Shown here one piece after another: positions 30,706 to 45,075 of a stretch of DNA of 64,000 nt. Where the stretch lies: assembly GCA_951406725.2 (NCBI GenBank), contig OX597816.1, forward strand, positions 84,010,001 through 84,074,000, read 5' to 3'. A program made the position numbers and the translations under genes. The notes beneath the pieces are model-generated. The model was not told where the DNA came from, did no database searches, and worked only from the letters and a program-made list of their open reading frames with translations. How positions within the stretch are numbered: the stretch's first letter is position 1; each line of letters starts with the position of its first letter. The stretch comes from Octopus vulgaris (Eukaryota).

Positions 30706-31136
30706 CATAAATGTAATATAAATTTATTGATGTCAAGAAGTTTAAAACCTTAAGTCCATTACTAATGGTTCATGACCATTTTTCTCTGTTTGATAGTGGT
30801 GCATTTATTGCTAATTTTTTTTCGTATGGTAAGCAAGAGAGAAAATGGGAATGATGCTGTAACTGATTAAATCATCATGGCTGGATTAAAAATTTGTTTA
30901 ACTGCAACGATTATATCTTTGATCTTTAATTTGTTTCAGTTATAGAACGGCAGTTATGCTGGGGCACTACTTTGAAGAGTTTTAGCCGAAAGAACTGATC
31001 GCAGTACTTAGTTTTCTAAGCCTGGTGCTCATTCTATCATTCCCATAGGTCGAACCGTTAAGTTACAGAGAAACAAACAAATCAACTTAACTTGTCCAGA
31101 GCTGGTGGAAGTCAAACAGGGACACAAAGATACACG

Positions 31137-31211
<75 letters not shown>

Positions 31212-32090
31212 CAAATCCACTCACTAGGTTTTGGTTGACCCGAGTCTGTAGTTGGAAATATTTGCACATGAACACAAGCTTCTTACCACGCTGCCACGCA
31301 TACGCTTATATCTCCTCACTTTTTAAAAAATTTATTTTACTTTTAGATATAGCTTGCCTCAAACTGCATTACAGAATATGTCCCCTATTTTTTTCGAGAA
31401 AATAAAGTGCAATTACAGAGAGATTTCGGAAATATTTCTGTCCGATTGTGTGACCATAGAGAGGGTAGATTTATACAACTAGTTGATTTTGATGAGTTCA
31501 AGGCTGAATGTCCAGAGTACAGACATTCTGTTGGCTCTAGAAATCGAATGTCTCTCCAGTAGAGGTTTCATGTCAAACGATAATTTGGATTAATTCCATT
31601 TTCTAATCCAGTAGAAACGTAACGGTGGTCTAGTGGCAAGATCTTCAAAATTTCATACAAAATTATTTGACTGTAGTTAAGTGTTTCATTAACGATCTGA
31701 GTTCAAATTCCGCCGACCTCACCTTTGATTTATATCCTTCGTGGATGCTGGAGTCAGTATAATCGCCTGTTCCCACCTTACTAAATATGGCCTTTTGTCA
31801 ATATAATAAATATGGCCTTGTGTTCATATAGTAAATTAATTCACGTAAAAAGGCAACAAAAATGTGGACTGCTATTTATTCATCGATCGTGGAAGGAAAT
31901 GTTCTTATATTTGTTCGATCTGGAGGAAATTGGCAAAACCCAAACTCTTTACTGACCCTGAGAGATAAAAGACAAAGTTGATCTCATCAGCATTTGAATA
32001 AATTCCACAACGGATTTCATCCAATAACTCTGCTAATCTGTCGCCTAGAAGTTGTATAATCCAGGATAATGTTGGTTTACTGCCTAAATA

Positions 32091-32213
32091 CGAGGGGTGT
32101 ATGGAAAGTTTTGAGCTTTCAAGGCCTTTGAGCCTTGAAGTCTTGTACCTTCATCAGAAGTCTTGTACTATGTTTTGTTTTTTGGGGACTCAAGACTTTT
32201 CATACACCCCTCG
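32091..32213. mobile_element. Mariner-type MITE (123 bp)
   Basis: TIRs CGAGGGGTGTATGGAAAGTTTTGAG / CTCAAGACTTTTCATACACCCCTCG; TA TSD at 32089-32090 and 32214-32215. Confidence 0.85.
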
Positions 32214-32475
32214 TATGTTAGTATAATGCTCGCTACAATCTGTATAATCTTGTATGATCACTATCTATTGGCTGTATAATATAAAATGGTATCCGTATAA
32301 CGTATCATAATTCAATGATATCGGTCTCCACTTTAAATCACTAAGTAGGACACCCTCTACAAGCTACATAATTCAGTATGATATCAGTTTACTGATTGTA
32401 TAGTTAAATATGTCCTGGTTGTATAATGCCGAATGTATGTTTTATGCAAACTCTATAATCCAGTATGGTGATATC

Positions 32476-32688
32476 TTTTCTAACAAAGGTACAAAGCTTA
32501 AAATTTTCGGGGAGGGGACCAGTTGATTACATCGACCCCAGTGTTTAACTGGTGCTTAATTTATCGACATCGAAAGGATGAAAGGCGAAGTCGCCACCGG
32601 TGGCATATGAACTCAGAACGGGAAGACAGACGAAATAACGCTAAGCATTTAGCCCGGCGTTCTAACGATTCTGCCAGCTTGCTGCCTT
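32476..32688 (-). mobile_element. SINE family A monomer
   Basis: One unit plus head; degraded TSD ATCCAGTATGGTGATATC / ATCCAGTAAGGTAATATC. Confidence 0.85.
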
Positions 32689-33017
32689 ATCCAGTAAGGT
32701 AATATCAAAATAATCTTCGTAAACCTAATATTTCAATGCGAACTTCAGATAAAAATTTGCTCAGTATTGAATTTATTAATTCAGATGGAACATAAAATGC
32801 AATTTCATCAACACAGCCAGGATTTGAACTAAGGGCGTACGAGAATCTAACTAAATACTGCAGTATATTTCGGCCAGCGTTCTACCGTTTCTGCCATTAC
32901 AAATCCAAACTCCACTTACTCTGAATAATTAATAAATTTGAATAAAAATGCTTCTACAATTTGTAGCTGCTGTAAGATTTTGAACTCAGTACTCGACACA
33001 AGATAAACTGAGGCGCC

Positions 33018-33085
<68 letters not shown>

Positions 33086-33702
33086 GACTGAGTGATTGAT
33101 AGTGGCACATCTTATTAACTAGGGCTCAACGACTAGATAATCAACATAATTACTTAATATGATTGTCTAAATGACAAGAATGTATAAGTGAAAACAATCG
33201 AGAATCCTTTTCAACGAAAGGAACTGGAAAAAGATGTGGAGCGGAGGGAAGCGGTGAAGAGAATACACGAGCTGTTTGTTATTTTTAGTTTGAGGTGTTT
33301 GTTTATAATTAGTAGAAATAATTGAACAGTATGAAGAATGTAATTACATGATGTTTCTGTGTAGTATGTCAATGCATAGTCAAGAAATATAATAAGTGAA
33401 AGGAAGGAAGGAAGGAAGATGAAAGCGAGAGAAGCATCTCTAACACGCACAAAACAATTCGCTTTCGTCTTGTCATGCTAGATAACTACACCGACAAACG
33501 CATACACACACACACGCGTGCGCGAGCGTACACATATGCATGCACATCTGTATGTATGTGTACATATATGAATATGTAAATATATATATATATGATTGTG
33601 TACACATACACATAATCATGTAAATATCTACATAGATATAAATATATCTATATGTGTGAATTACTGTGTGTGTATATAATATATATATATGTTTTTAAAA
33701 AA

Positions 33703-34023
<321 letters not shown>

Positions 34024-34088
34024 TAAAGATATAGATATATAAAGCACGATTTATTTGTGATCAGAGCTGGTCGTAAAAAAAAAGTTAC

Positions 34089-34155
<67 letters not shown>

Positions 34156-34315
34156 TATATATAGATTAATCAGCCGAAATTGCTAAGATGATCTGGTTCT
34201 TGACTGATGACTGAGGGCTTCGAATGTCCCGTCCTGTGGTTCTTGTGTCGTCTCTGTGGCGTTTCATGTTCTTGTCCATGTCTGTAATTATTTTTACTGT
34301 TTACCTATATATATA

Positions 34316-34384
<69 letters not shown>

Positions 34385-34590
34385 GTAACTCGGTTTTCGA
34401 CCAGCTCTGATCACAAATAAATCGTGCTTTATATATCTATATCTTTATAGATAGATATAGATATATATATAAGGCACGATTTATTCGTGATCAGAGATGT
34501 TCGCCAACCGAGGTACTTTCGTATGAAATGAATATGAGAAAATCAGGAGATAAAGCACAATTTATTCGTGACCAGAGTTGTTCGAATATA

Positions 34591-34641
<51 letters not shown>

Positions 34642-34644
34642 CTT

Positions 34645-34857
34645 TTACTAGTTTCAGTCATTTGACTGCGGCCATGCTGGAGCATTCACCCCAGGACTTA
34701 TGCTTTGTAAGCCTAGTACTAATTCTATCGTTGTCTTTTGCCGAACCGCTAAGTGACGGGGACGTAAACACACCACCTTCGGTTGTCAAGCGATGTTGGG
34801 GGAACAAACACAGGCACACAAACATATACATACATATACATACATATATAAATGCAT

Positions 34858-34942
<85 letters not shown>

Positions 34943-35100
34943 CATACATATATAAGACGGGCTTCTTTCAGTTTTCGTCTACCAAATCCACTCACAAGGC
35001 TTTGAACGGTCCGAGGCTATGGTAGATGAATTTGCCCAAGGTGACACGCAGCGGGAATGAACCCGGAACAATGTAGTTAGTAAGCAAGCTACATACCACA
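34645..35100 (-). mobile_element. SINE family B
   Basis: Reverse complement of the 42351 element. Confidence 0.8.
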
Positions 35101-35137
35101 CACACACGCGTGTATGTATGTTTATACATACATACAT

Positions 35138-35178
<41 letters not shown>

Positions 35179-35240
35179 CATACATACATATATATACATA
35201 CATACATATATATACATATATATATATATATACATACATA

Positions 35241-35280
<40 letters not shown>

Positions 35281-35329
35281 CATAAATACATCCATACATA
35301 TATATATATATACATACATACATATATAT

Positions 35330-35360
<31 letters not shown>

Positions 35361-35657
35361 CATACATATATATATATATACATACATACATATATATATA
35401 CATACATATATATATATATACATACATATATATATATACATATATATATATACATATATACATATATATATACATATATACATATATATATACATATATA
35501 CATATATATACATATATACATATATATATACATATATATACATACATATATATATACATACATACATATATATATACATATATACATATATATACATACA
35601 TATATACATATATATATACATACATATATATATACATACATACATACATATATATAT

Positions 35658-35724
<67 letters not shown>

Positions 35725-35739
35725 TACATACATATATAT

Positions 35740-36397
35740 ATGGCTCAAATTTGGATGTAATATATCTTGACTTTGCAAAAGCCTTTGATAAATTCGACCA
35801 CGGTATGATCTGTCACAAACTGCGTGGTCTCAGCATAGGCGAAAAACTTGGAGAGTGGCTGCACAACTTCCTAAAAGACAGAAGACAGGCAGTTGTGAGC
35901 AATGGAGCCACCTCCAAGGAAACACGAATAACAAGTGGTGCTCCACAGGGCACTGTCTTGGGGCCAGTGATGTTCATAGTGGCCCTTTCAGACATTCCTT
36001 CAGTTGCTACGATGGCCACCCTTGCTAGCTATGCAGATGACACAAAAGTCTCCCACACAATACAAAACCCTGAAAATATTGCGCATCTGCAACAGGAGAC
36101 GGATACAATATACAGGTGGGCTGAGGACAACAACATGCAGGTAATGCAGGTAAATTCCAGGCCCTGCGCTACCGGCACACAAAGGTAAACGACGTGCAGA
36201 CTGGATACACTGGCCCAGGAAGAATTGCAATCCCTGAGTCAAAATCAGTGCGCGACCTAGGCATTGACATAAGCAATGATGCATCTTTCCAAATGCATTT
36301 TACTAATCTGGTGATAAAATGCAGACAGCTAGCTGGATGGATTCTCCGAACTTTCAGAACAAGAGAGAAGGAGACACTGATGGTCCTCTGGAAAACA
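35740..36397 (+). pseudogene. Internal reverse transcriptase fragment of a non-LTR retrotransposon (CR1/L2/Jockey group)
   Basis: Motifs [44 protein letters not shown], then after a frameshift [28 protein letters not shown]. Confidence 0.93.
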
Positions 36398-36449
36398 TAC
36401 ATGCATACATGCATACATGCATACATGCATACATACATGCATACATACA

Positions 36450-36480
<31 letters not shown>

Positions 36481-36854
36481 GTATATATACATACATATAT
36501 ATATATATACATACATATATACATACATACATATATATACATACATACATATATATACATACATACATATATATATATATATACATACATATATATATAT
36601 ACATACATACATATAAATATATATATATATGCATACATACATACACACATATATACATACATACATATAAATATATATATATACATACATACATATATAT
36701 ATATATATACATACATACATACATATATATATACATACATACATATTTATATATACATACATACATATATACATATATATACATACATACATATATATGT
36801 GCATACATACATATATATATACATACATACATATATATACATACATACATATAT

Positions 36855-36887
<33 letters not shown>

Positions 36888-37158
36888 TACATACATACTT
36901 ATTTATATATACATACATGCATACATATATATATACATACATACATATACATATATACATTCATACATATACATGCATACATACATATATATATACATAC
37001 ATATATACATACATACATACATATATATATATATATACATACATATATATATATACATACATACATATATATACATACATACATACATATATATATATAT
37101 ATACATACATATATATATATACATACATACATATATATATACATACATATATATATAT

Positions 37159-37195
<37 letters not shown>

Positions 37196-38243
37196 CGTAT
37201 ATATATATATATACATGCATGTGTGAATATATGTTCACAAACACAACTGCGTTGAAAATGCAATAACATAACAAGAACCTCATTGATAATAATCCTTAAA
37301 AATGTTCACCTTCGAGTGTGTCTTTGTAAATATGGTCTTGTTAGCCACAGAAGGTTACATGAACTGTACAGGGCTAATTCTAGATTCTCGCCACCTGAAA
37401 TAATACATCACATACAACCATTTAATTAATTTAAGAAGTGTTGCATTGTCCTCCTATTTCTGTTCTGAAGAGACAAATGTCTGCATACAATTCCTGTAGT
37501 CATGACTCAGCAGTGCATTTAATTAAGAGGAAACGTCTGTGTGGCAGTGGTAGTAGAAGCTTCATATCATCAGATAGGTCAAAACCCATCTTTCTTTCGC
37601 TGCTCATTAGTAAGCAATTAGTTATACTTAGTACTGATTTAGCATTCGTCCTATGTCATTTCCCAAATATGTTTACCCAGAAGGTAATTCTCAGGCAGCA
37701 TCTGTATAACTCAGTGTGATAAGATGGTACGTTTTGAATTTTAAGTGCCACCCATCTAATGGTCTTCTATACAGTTTCCCTCTGACCGGTTTTCCTCACA
37801 TGGTATGACTCGAAGGTTTAAGAAATGACAATTTGCCCAACATGTCACGCGATGGATTCGAACCATATGCCTAGAATTTGGGAAGCAAACTTCTCAATTA
37901 TTTTGCTCTCCAGCACCTTCTCCCCATCACTGTCTCTTGCGCTCTTTCTCCCTTTCTGTCTCTGTATGTCAGTCTGTCTGTCTACCCAAACACACATACA
38001 AACTTAGAAACACACACACACACGCACGCACATGCACGCACACACGCACATATGGTGTGTATGACAGGTATTGGTATTCAGAAGACCCAAAATGGCAGGT
38101 AACGTTATGGAAGTGTTATGGAAGGACCGTAGTTAAACTTTCGGTTCGATAATGATACGAGTGAGGGAGTCTAATGCGGGTCTTGTATGAACTTGTATAT
38201 ATTAAATAAAGTGAGACAACAAAGCAAGCCAAGGGTGTGTAAA

Positions 38244-38350
<107 letters not shown>

Positions 38351-38410
38351 TGTGCGCGTGTGTGTGTGTATGTGTGTGTGTGCGTGTGTGTGTGTGTATC
38401 TATGTATTTT

Positions 38411-38805
38411 GGCGCAGGCGTGGCTGTGTGGTAAGAAGCTTGCTTTCCAACCACATGGTTTCCCGTTCAGTCTCATTGCGTAGCACCTTGGGTAAGTGTC
38501 TTCTACTATAGTCTCGGGCGACCGAACATTTTATGAGTGGATTTGGTAGACGGAGACTGAAAGAACCCGTCGTATGTGTGTGCGTATCTTTATATCTGTG
38601 TTTCTCATCACACCATTTTCTGACAACCGACGTTGGTGTGTTTACGTCCTCGTAACTTAGCGGTTCGGCAAAAGAAACCGATTAAAATCAGTACTAGGCT
38701 TACAAAAATATAAGTCCTGGGGTCGATTTCTCCGACTAAAACCCTTTAAGACGGTGTTCCAGCATGGCCGCAGTCAAGTAGCTGAATAAAAAAAAATAAA
38801 AGAAT
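38411..38805 (+). mobile_element. SINE family B, full length
   Basis: Head GGCGCAGGCGTGGCTGTGTGGTAAG; body and tail as in the 42351 element. Confidence 0.85.
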
Positions 38806-40354
38806 ATATATAAATGTGTGTGTCTATGTGTGTTTGTGCTTACATATGTTGGAAATTGCTTTTACTTAAATAAATTAGAGTTAATTGTACATAATTAACT
38901 CTGTTGCTACGAAGCGTTTCTAACTTTGCCTTCGTTCAGGTGTGCAAAGAAACATACAAGTAGAAAATATATACACATCTACATACACGCACAAAACACA
39001 GGCGAACATTCTCATACATGTACATATACACATATATTGATTTCAGACTCTTACACAAGTCCAGCAATTTGGGGACAGGGGACAAGACGATTACATCGAC
39101 CCCAGTGTTCAACTCGTACTTATTTAATCGCCCTTGAACGGATGAAAATCAAATTCGACCACAGAACGTAAAACCGGGAGAAATGACGCCAAGCTGTAAC
39201 GATTCTGCCACCTCGCTGCCTGATAGATATACACACATTACTACGTGAATTGAAAGGCTCAATGTCTTACGTTGACCAGTAGTTTCATTTTGAGTGGTTA
39301 TATTCAGATTGGAAGAAGCCAGTGGTCACAATAGGGCACTGAATCTTCCAATTTCCACTACAATTAATCCATATTGAGTTCTCTTTAGCTTAGATATAGT
39401 AGTACTACGTACAAATCATCCACAGTCAAAGACTTGTGGACTATTCATTGAGATGTTGGGCTTATAGGCTTTAGATGTTGAATTCGATAGATGAACCGGA
39501 CGGCGATTTGTTTCCTAGAGTAAGTTGCTCCACTCTACTCAACTAAAAGTGAGAAACAGCTTAGTGCTAGTGACACCTTGTATTCTTCCACCTGACACAC
39601 ACACACTTCACCCAATGTTCTATCGAGTGAAGTGTGTATAAAACGAAAGGTGTTTATATAAGCTTCTACCTAGGAAAAAAATTAACGAACGCATCATGCT
39701 ACATGATTTCAAGTCACACTCGCTTGGAAGTGACGGTTCTGATTCATACCCTTATACTTCCCAACACACACGCTCACAGAATACTTAAATAATACACCGG
39801 ATCCGTCTCTATTGCTGAGGAGAAGATAACCTCTCCGAAATACATCCATACAACAGCCTGGTGAGGGGGCGCTGTGGACTGACTCGGTGTATTTACTTTA
39901 TTTGCTTACAGCGGAAGATTTTATCTATCGCTAAATACAGTGAATAGCTTCCTAACGGGTTCGAATATGTCTCAAGCACATTTAAACTGGTAACAATTTT
40001 CTACACACACACACACACACACACACACATGCATACGCATATAAAGTCAGTATTTGATTCAACAACGTGGACAAGTTTCTTTTTACATGGAATCACGTGA
40101 ATCCAAGCCTTTCGATTGGTATTAGTTTGATAGATTGAGTCTGTTATTAAATAGACACATGGTACTTCGTTGATTTGCATAACGTAAAGATACAAGTGTC
40201 TGTGGAGTACTCAGTCAATTATACGCCAATTCAATGAGTATACAGTTCAGTTGATAGAACTTGAAATTACATTGTTGAAACCGACTAAAGGTACATTTAC
40301 ATTTACATCTATCTATCTATCTATCTATCTATCTGTAATTTACGTTATATTTCT

Positions 40355-40753
40355 TTATTTTACATGTTTCAGTTATTTGGCTGTAGCCATGTTGGAGCAT
40401 CGCCTTTAGTCGAACAAATTGACATCAGGACTTAGTGTTTGTAAGCCTAGTACTTATTCTATTGGTCTCTTTTGCTGATCCACTAAGTTACGGGGACGTA
40501 AACACACCAGCATCGGTTGTAAAGTGATGGTCGGGGGACAAGCATAGACACACAAATACATACATACAAACATAAACACACGCACACATACATATATACG
40601 ACGGGATTCTTTCAGTTTCCGTCTACCAAATCCACTCACAAGACTTTGGTCGGATCAAGGCTATAGAAGAAGACACTTGCTCAAGGTGTCACGCAGTAGG
40701 ACTGAACCAAGAACCATGTGGTCGGGAAGCAAACTTCTTACCACACAGTGACT

Positions 40754-40756
<3 letters not shown>
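40355..40756 (-). mobile_element. SINE family B
   Basis: Reverse complement of the 42351 element. Confidence 0.85.
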
Positions 40757-40801
<45 letters not shown>

Positions 40802-40911
40802 TTATGTATGTATATTCTGTGTATTCTCAAATCTATATATATGTATGTATTTATGTATGTATATTCTGTGTATTCTCAAATCTATATAGATATCTAAATA
40901 CAAATATATGT

Positions 40912-41002
<91 letters not shown>

Positions 41003-41012
41003 ATATATATAA

Positions 41013-41053
<41 letters not shown>

Positions 41054-41308
41054 ACAAACGTATATAGATACACGTGTACATACACATACATCCTCGCACA
41101 AACACAAGCATACACGCACACATAAATACGTAGATTATAACATTTCTCATTTCTCATGGTTGTTCGTTTAGATACATCTCTTGATAATGCTTTCCCATTC
41201 TTACTAATAAGAAGAAATAACCGACAGAGACTCATATATATCAATATATGTATGTACGCATCTAAATCTATATCTATCTCAGTATTTCAGTCTCTAGCCT
41301 TTCTTTTA

Positions 41309-41370
<62 letters not shown>

Positions 41371-41497
41371 TTATTCCTTGCTAATATCAAAAAATAACCT
41401 ACATACGTATACGTTTACATTAAAGTGTGTAAGTACGTACATGTGTGTATTTCAATGTGTATAGGTGAGTATCTGTGTGTATACTTACACACACAAT

Positions 41498-41591
<94 letters not shown>

Positions 41592-41689
41592 GTATGTATG
41601 TGTGTATATATATATATATATATGTACATATAAGCATACATACAAACATACGTCTATACACAAATACGTATATATACACATATCATATA

Positions 41690-41731
<42 letters not shown>

Positions 41732-42350
41732 TGTGTAGACTCTCCAAATCGGGTTCATGTTTAGCGAGGCAGTAAACCAACAAAAGCCCGAGAGAATAGC
41801 ATTCATATCTTGCATCGTATCATATTATACTGACTCATTTCTGCTATCAGGACACAATTCTCTAAGACGAAAATATAAATGAAATGAAATAAGATTTTTA
41901 AAATCCGTGTCATATAACATTAGGCTATGGTACATGTCTTCATCAGTGTGTCAAACGTTTTGTTTTATATATCACTTTATTTTAGCTTTTCTTTATTTAA
42001 GCTGCATGGATTTCCAATGTGTATGAGTGTGTATGAATATGTGTTAAAACAAGTGTGTGTGTTTGTATGTGTGTGTGTGTGTATATATATGTATGTATAT
42101 GTCTATAAGTGTTTGGTGTGTATGATTGCGTGTATGCCAATTTTCGATGGTGGCATTTATAGAGATGTGGTCGTAAGCATGTTTCTGAATGTTTCTGTTT
42201 GTATCTTATGATTATTTTCGTATTTTTTGGCATGTACCTTCTGTTAGAGTGTTATATATGAGTTTGCGTGTGCGCGTGGGGCTGTATGCTTCAGTATGTA
42301 TGTATTCTCTTTTGGTACAATGGAACTCGAAGTAGATAAAACTATAAAAT

Positions 42351-42522
42351 AGGCGCAGGAGTGGCTGTGTGGTAAGTAGCTTGTTTACCAACCACATGGT
42401 TCCGGGTTCAGTCCTACTGCGTGGCACCTTGGGTTAGTGTCTTCTACTATAGCCTCGGGCCAACCAAAGCCTTGTGAGCGGATTTGGTAGACGGAAACTG
42501 AAAGAAGCCCGTCGTATATATG

Positions 42523-42565
<43 letters not shown>

Positions 42566-42782
42566 CTGTGTTTGTCCCCCTAGCATTGCTTGACAACCGA
42601 TGCTGGTGTGTTTATGTCCCCGTTACTTAGCGGTTCGGCAAAAAGAGACCGATAGAATAAGTACTGGGCTTACAAAAGAATAAATCCCGGGGTCGAGCTG
42701 CTCGATTAAAGGCGGTGCTCCAGCATGGCCGCAGTCAAATGACTGAAACAAGTAAAAGAGTAAAAGAGTAAGAGTAAAAGAG
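42351..42782 (+). mobile_element. SINE family B, best-preserved copy (tRNA head, CORE-like segment, internal microsatellite, tandem tail)
   Basis: GGCGCAGGAGTGGCTGTGTGG (A box), GGTTCAGTCC (B-box-like), GTGGCACCTTGGG..AGTGTCTT (CORE-like), (TA)n(TG)n insert and (GTAAAAGA)n tail; more than 15 related copies in the window. Confidence 0.9.
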
Positions 42783-43000
42783 CGTCTAAATGATGGGCTA
42801 AAACCCCCTTTGGATAGAAAGAATCAAGGGTTAGAGATGTTTAGCCAAGTATTTACAAGTTATTTTATAGATTTATCTGCTTTGTGTTACACCATTCGAA
42901 AAGAATTATTTCACTTTATCTCGAAATTTTTATATTCTTATGACATCAGCTACATGTTTGAAGAATATTGTGAAAAGAAAAGTGCTATTTTTTCTTACCT

Positions 43001-43298
43001 AGGCGCATGCGTGGCTGTATGGCAAGAAACTCTCTTCCCAACTAAATGGTTTCGGGTTCAGTCCCACTCTATGACATCTTGGAAAAGTATCTTCTATAAT
43101 AGCCTCGGGCCGATGAAAGCCTTGCGAGTAGATTTGGTAGAGGGAAACTTAAGAAGCCCGTCGTATGTATGTATGTATGTATGTATGTATGTATGTATGT
43201 ATGTATGTATGTATGTATGTATGTATGTATGTACGTACGTACGTACGTGCGTATGTACGTACGTATGTATGTGTGTGTGTACTGTGTGTGTATCTATG

Positions 43299-43359
<61 letters not shown>

Positions 43360-43590
43360 GTGTTTGTGCGTGTGTCTTTGTGTCTGTGTTTGTTCACCAC
43401 CACCGCTTGAAAGCCTGTCTTGATGTGTTTACGTCCCCATAACTTAGCTGTTCGGCAAAAGAGTTCGGTAGAATAAGTACGAGGCTTAAAAAATGTACTG
43501 AGGTCGATTCACTTGATTAAAATAAATTGTTCAAGGTGGTGCTCCTGCAGCGCCGCAGTCTATTGACTAAAACAATTAAAATAGAAATGG
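43001..43590 (+). mobile_element. SINE family B, diverged, with expanded microsatellite
   Basis: Same layout as 42351. Confidence 0.8.
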
Positions 43591-43732
43591 TAAAAGATAT
43601 ATATCGGTGCCCCCCCCCCCCCGTAATTTACTTACAGTGAGCCGCCGTATAGCGCAGCCAGTCACTGTACGGTGACTGGAAAAGCAGAGAAGTAATCCCT
43701 TAATTCAGCTCGCAGTGTCCTCTGCTTAGTGT

Positions 43733-43780
43733 CTGTGATTGATGAGGAGACAACTACTCCGAAATGTTAACATCTCACAG
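43733..43780 (+). ncRNA. Type I hammerhead ribozyme (C3U core) in a structured ~300-bp island
   Basis: CTGTGA-TTGATGA-GGAG-ACAACTA-CTCC-GAAA-TGTTAACA-TC-TCACAG; stems I and II pair perfectly and stem III is the palindrome ATGTTAACAT. Confidence 0.8.
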
Positions 43781-43924
43781 TCTAGGTAAGTGACGCTGCG
43801 AGCTGATCTAGGTGCATACACACCACTTGTCAACAAGCGAGATATATTTTCCGTGACCAAACGCAGTTCGAACGTGCGTCAAGCATATTCGGACTAATCA
43901 GAACATGGCAATTTCACTTGCGTG

Positions 43925-44280
43925 GAAAATAGCTTGCTTAACAATCACATGGTTCCGGGTTCAGTCCCACTGCGTGGCGCCTTGGGCAAGTGTCTTCCAC
44001 TATAGCCTCGGGCCTACCAAAGCCTTGTGAGTGGATTTGGTAGACGGAAACTGAAAGAAGCCTGTCGCATATATGTATATGTATATATATGTATGTGTGT
44101 GTATATGTTTGTGTGTCTGTGTTTGTCACCTCAATTTCACTTGACAAGCGATGTTGGTGTGTTTACGTCCCTGTAACTTAGCGATTCGGCAAAAGAGACC
44201 GATAGAATAAGTACTAGGCTTACAAAGAATAAGTCCTGGGGTCGATTTGCTCGACTAAAGGCGGTGCTCCAACATGGCCA
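43925..44280 (+). mobile_element. SINE family B
   Basis: Same body as 42351. Confidence 0.85.
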
Positions 44281-44356
44281 CGAAATTCAACTAAGCATTT
44301 CGTCCGGTGTGCTAACGATTCTGCCAGCCTTAAAGTAATTATATATGTCCTTTATT

Positions 44357-44743
44357 TTCTACTCTAGGTACAAGGCCCGAATTTTTTTTTGGTGGGGGTT
44401 AATTTTATTGACCCTAGTACGCAACTAGTGCTTAATTTATTGACTCCGAAAGGGTGAAAGGTAAAGTCGACCTCAGTAGATTTTGAACTCGTGGCGGCAG
44501 ACGAAATACCTATTTCTTTACTACCAACAAGGGACTAAACACAGAGCAGACAAACAAGGACAGACAGACGGATTAAGTCGATTATATCGACTCCAGTGCA
44601 TAACTGTTACTTATTTAATCGACCCCGAAAGAATGAAAGGCAAAGTCGACCTCGGCAGAATTCGAACTCAAAACCTAACGGCGGACGAAATACCGCTAAG
44701 TTCTTCGTCTGGCGTGCTAATGATTCTACCAGCTCGCCGCCTT
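44357..44743 (-). mobile_element. SINE family A, two-unit form
   Basis: Same units and head as 301-718. Confidence 0.85.
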
Positions 44744-44838
44744 AAAATAATCATAGATATCATTATAACATATATTGATGTAAGATAGATATCTCTCTGG
44801 GTTGTGAGAAATAATAGTAAAAAGTTCTATATTTGAAA

Positions 44839-45075
44839 AAGAGCGCGGGCTGCTAACCCCAAAATTCCAAGTTCGATTCCAAGAAGTGACCTGAACAACA
44901 ACAACAAAAACAATAATAATAATAACATCGAAAATTACCTTAGGAATGAGAACCCAGGTTCGAAATTTCCCCAAGACACCTGAAGAAGGCTGGAGGGTAT
45001 ATCAGTCGAAACGTTATGTTAACAACAAACAAGATGAGCACAAATATCCCTTGAATGTAAATAATGCAAATAATA
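44839..45075 (+). mobile_element. tRNA-headed short element ending in a hammerhead ribozyme (5'-truncated copy)
   Basis: Anticodon-arm-like GGGCTGCTAACCC, B box GTTCGATTCC at 44871-44880, (AAC/AAT)n tract, HHR at 44976-45019 ACAC-CTGAAGA-A-GGCTG..CAGTC-GAAA-CG-TT-ATGT. Confidence 0.8.

Noticed and set aside
38105-38185. Minus-strand GAAA-GTTTAAC-TA-CGGTC half-HHR
   Set aside because: No recognisable CUGANGA core upstream.
39812-39853. HHR-like TTG-CTGAGGA..GAAA..TA-CAA
   Set aside because: Core intact but stems II and III are marginal; counted only as a weak candidate, not annotated.
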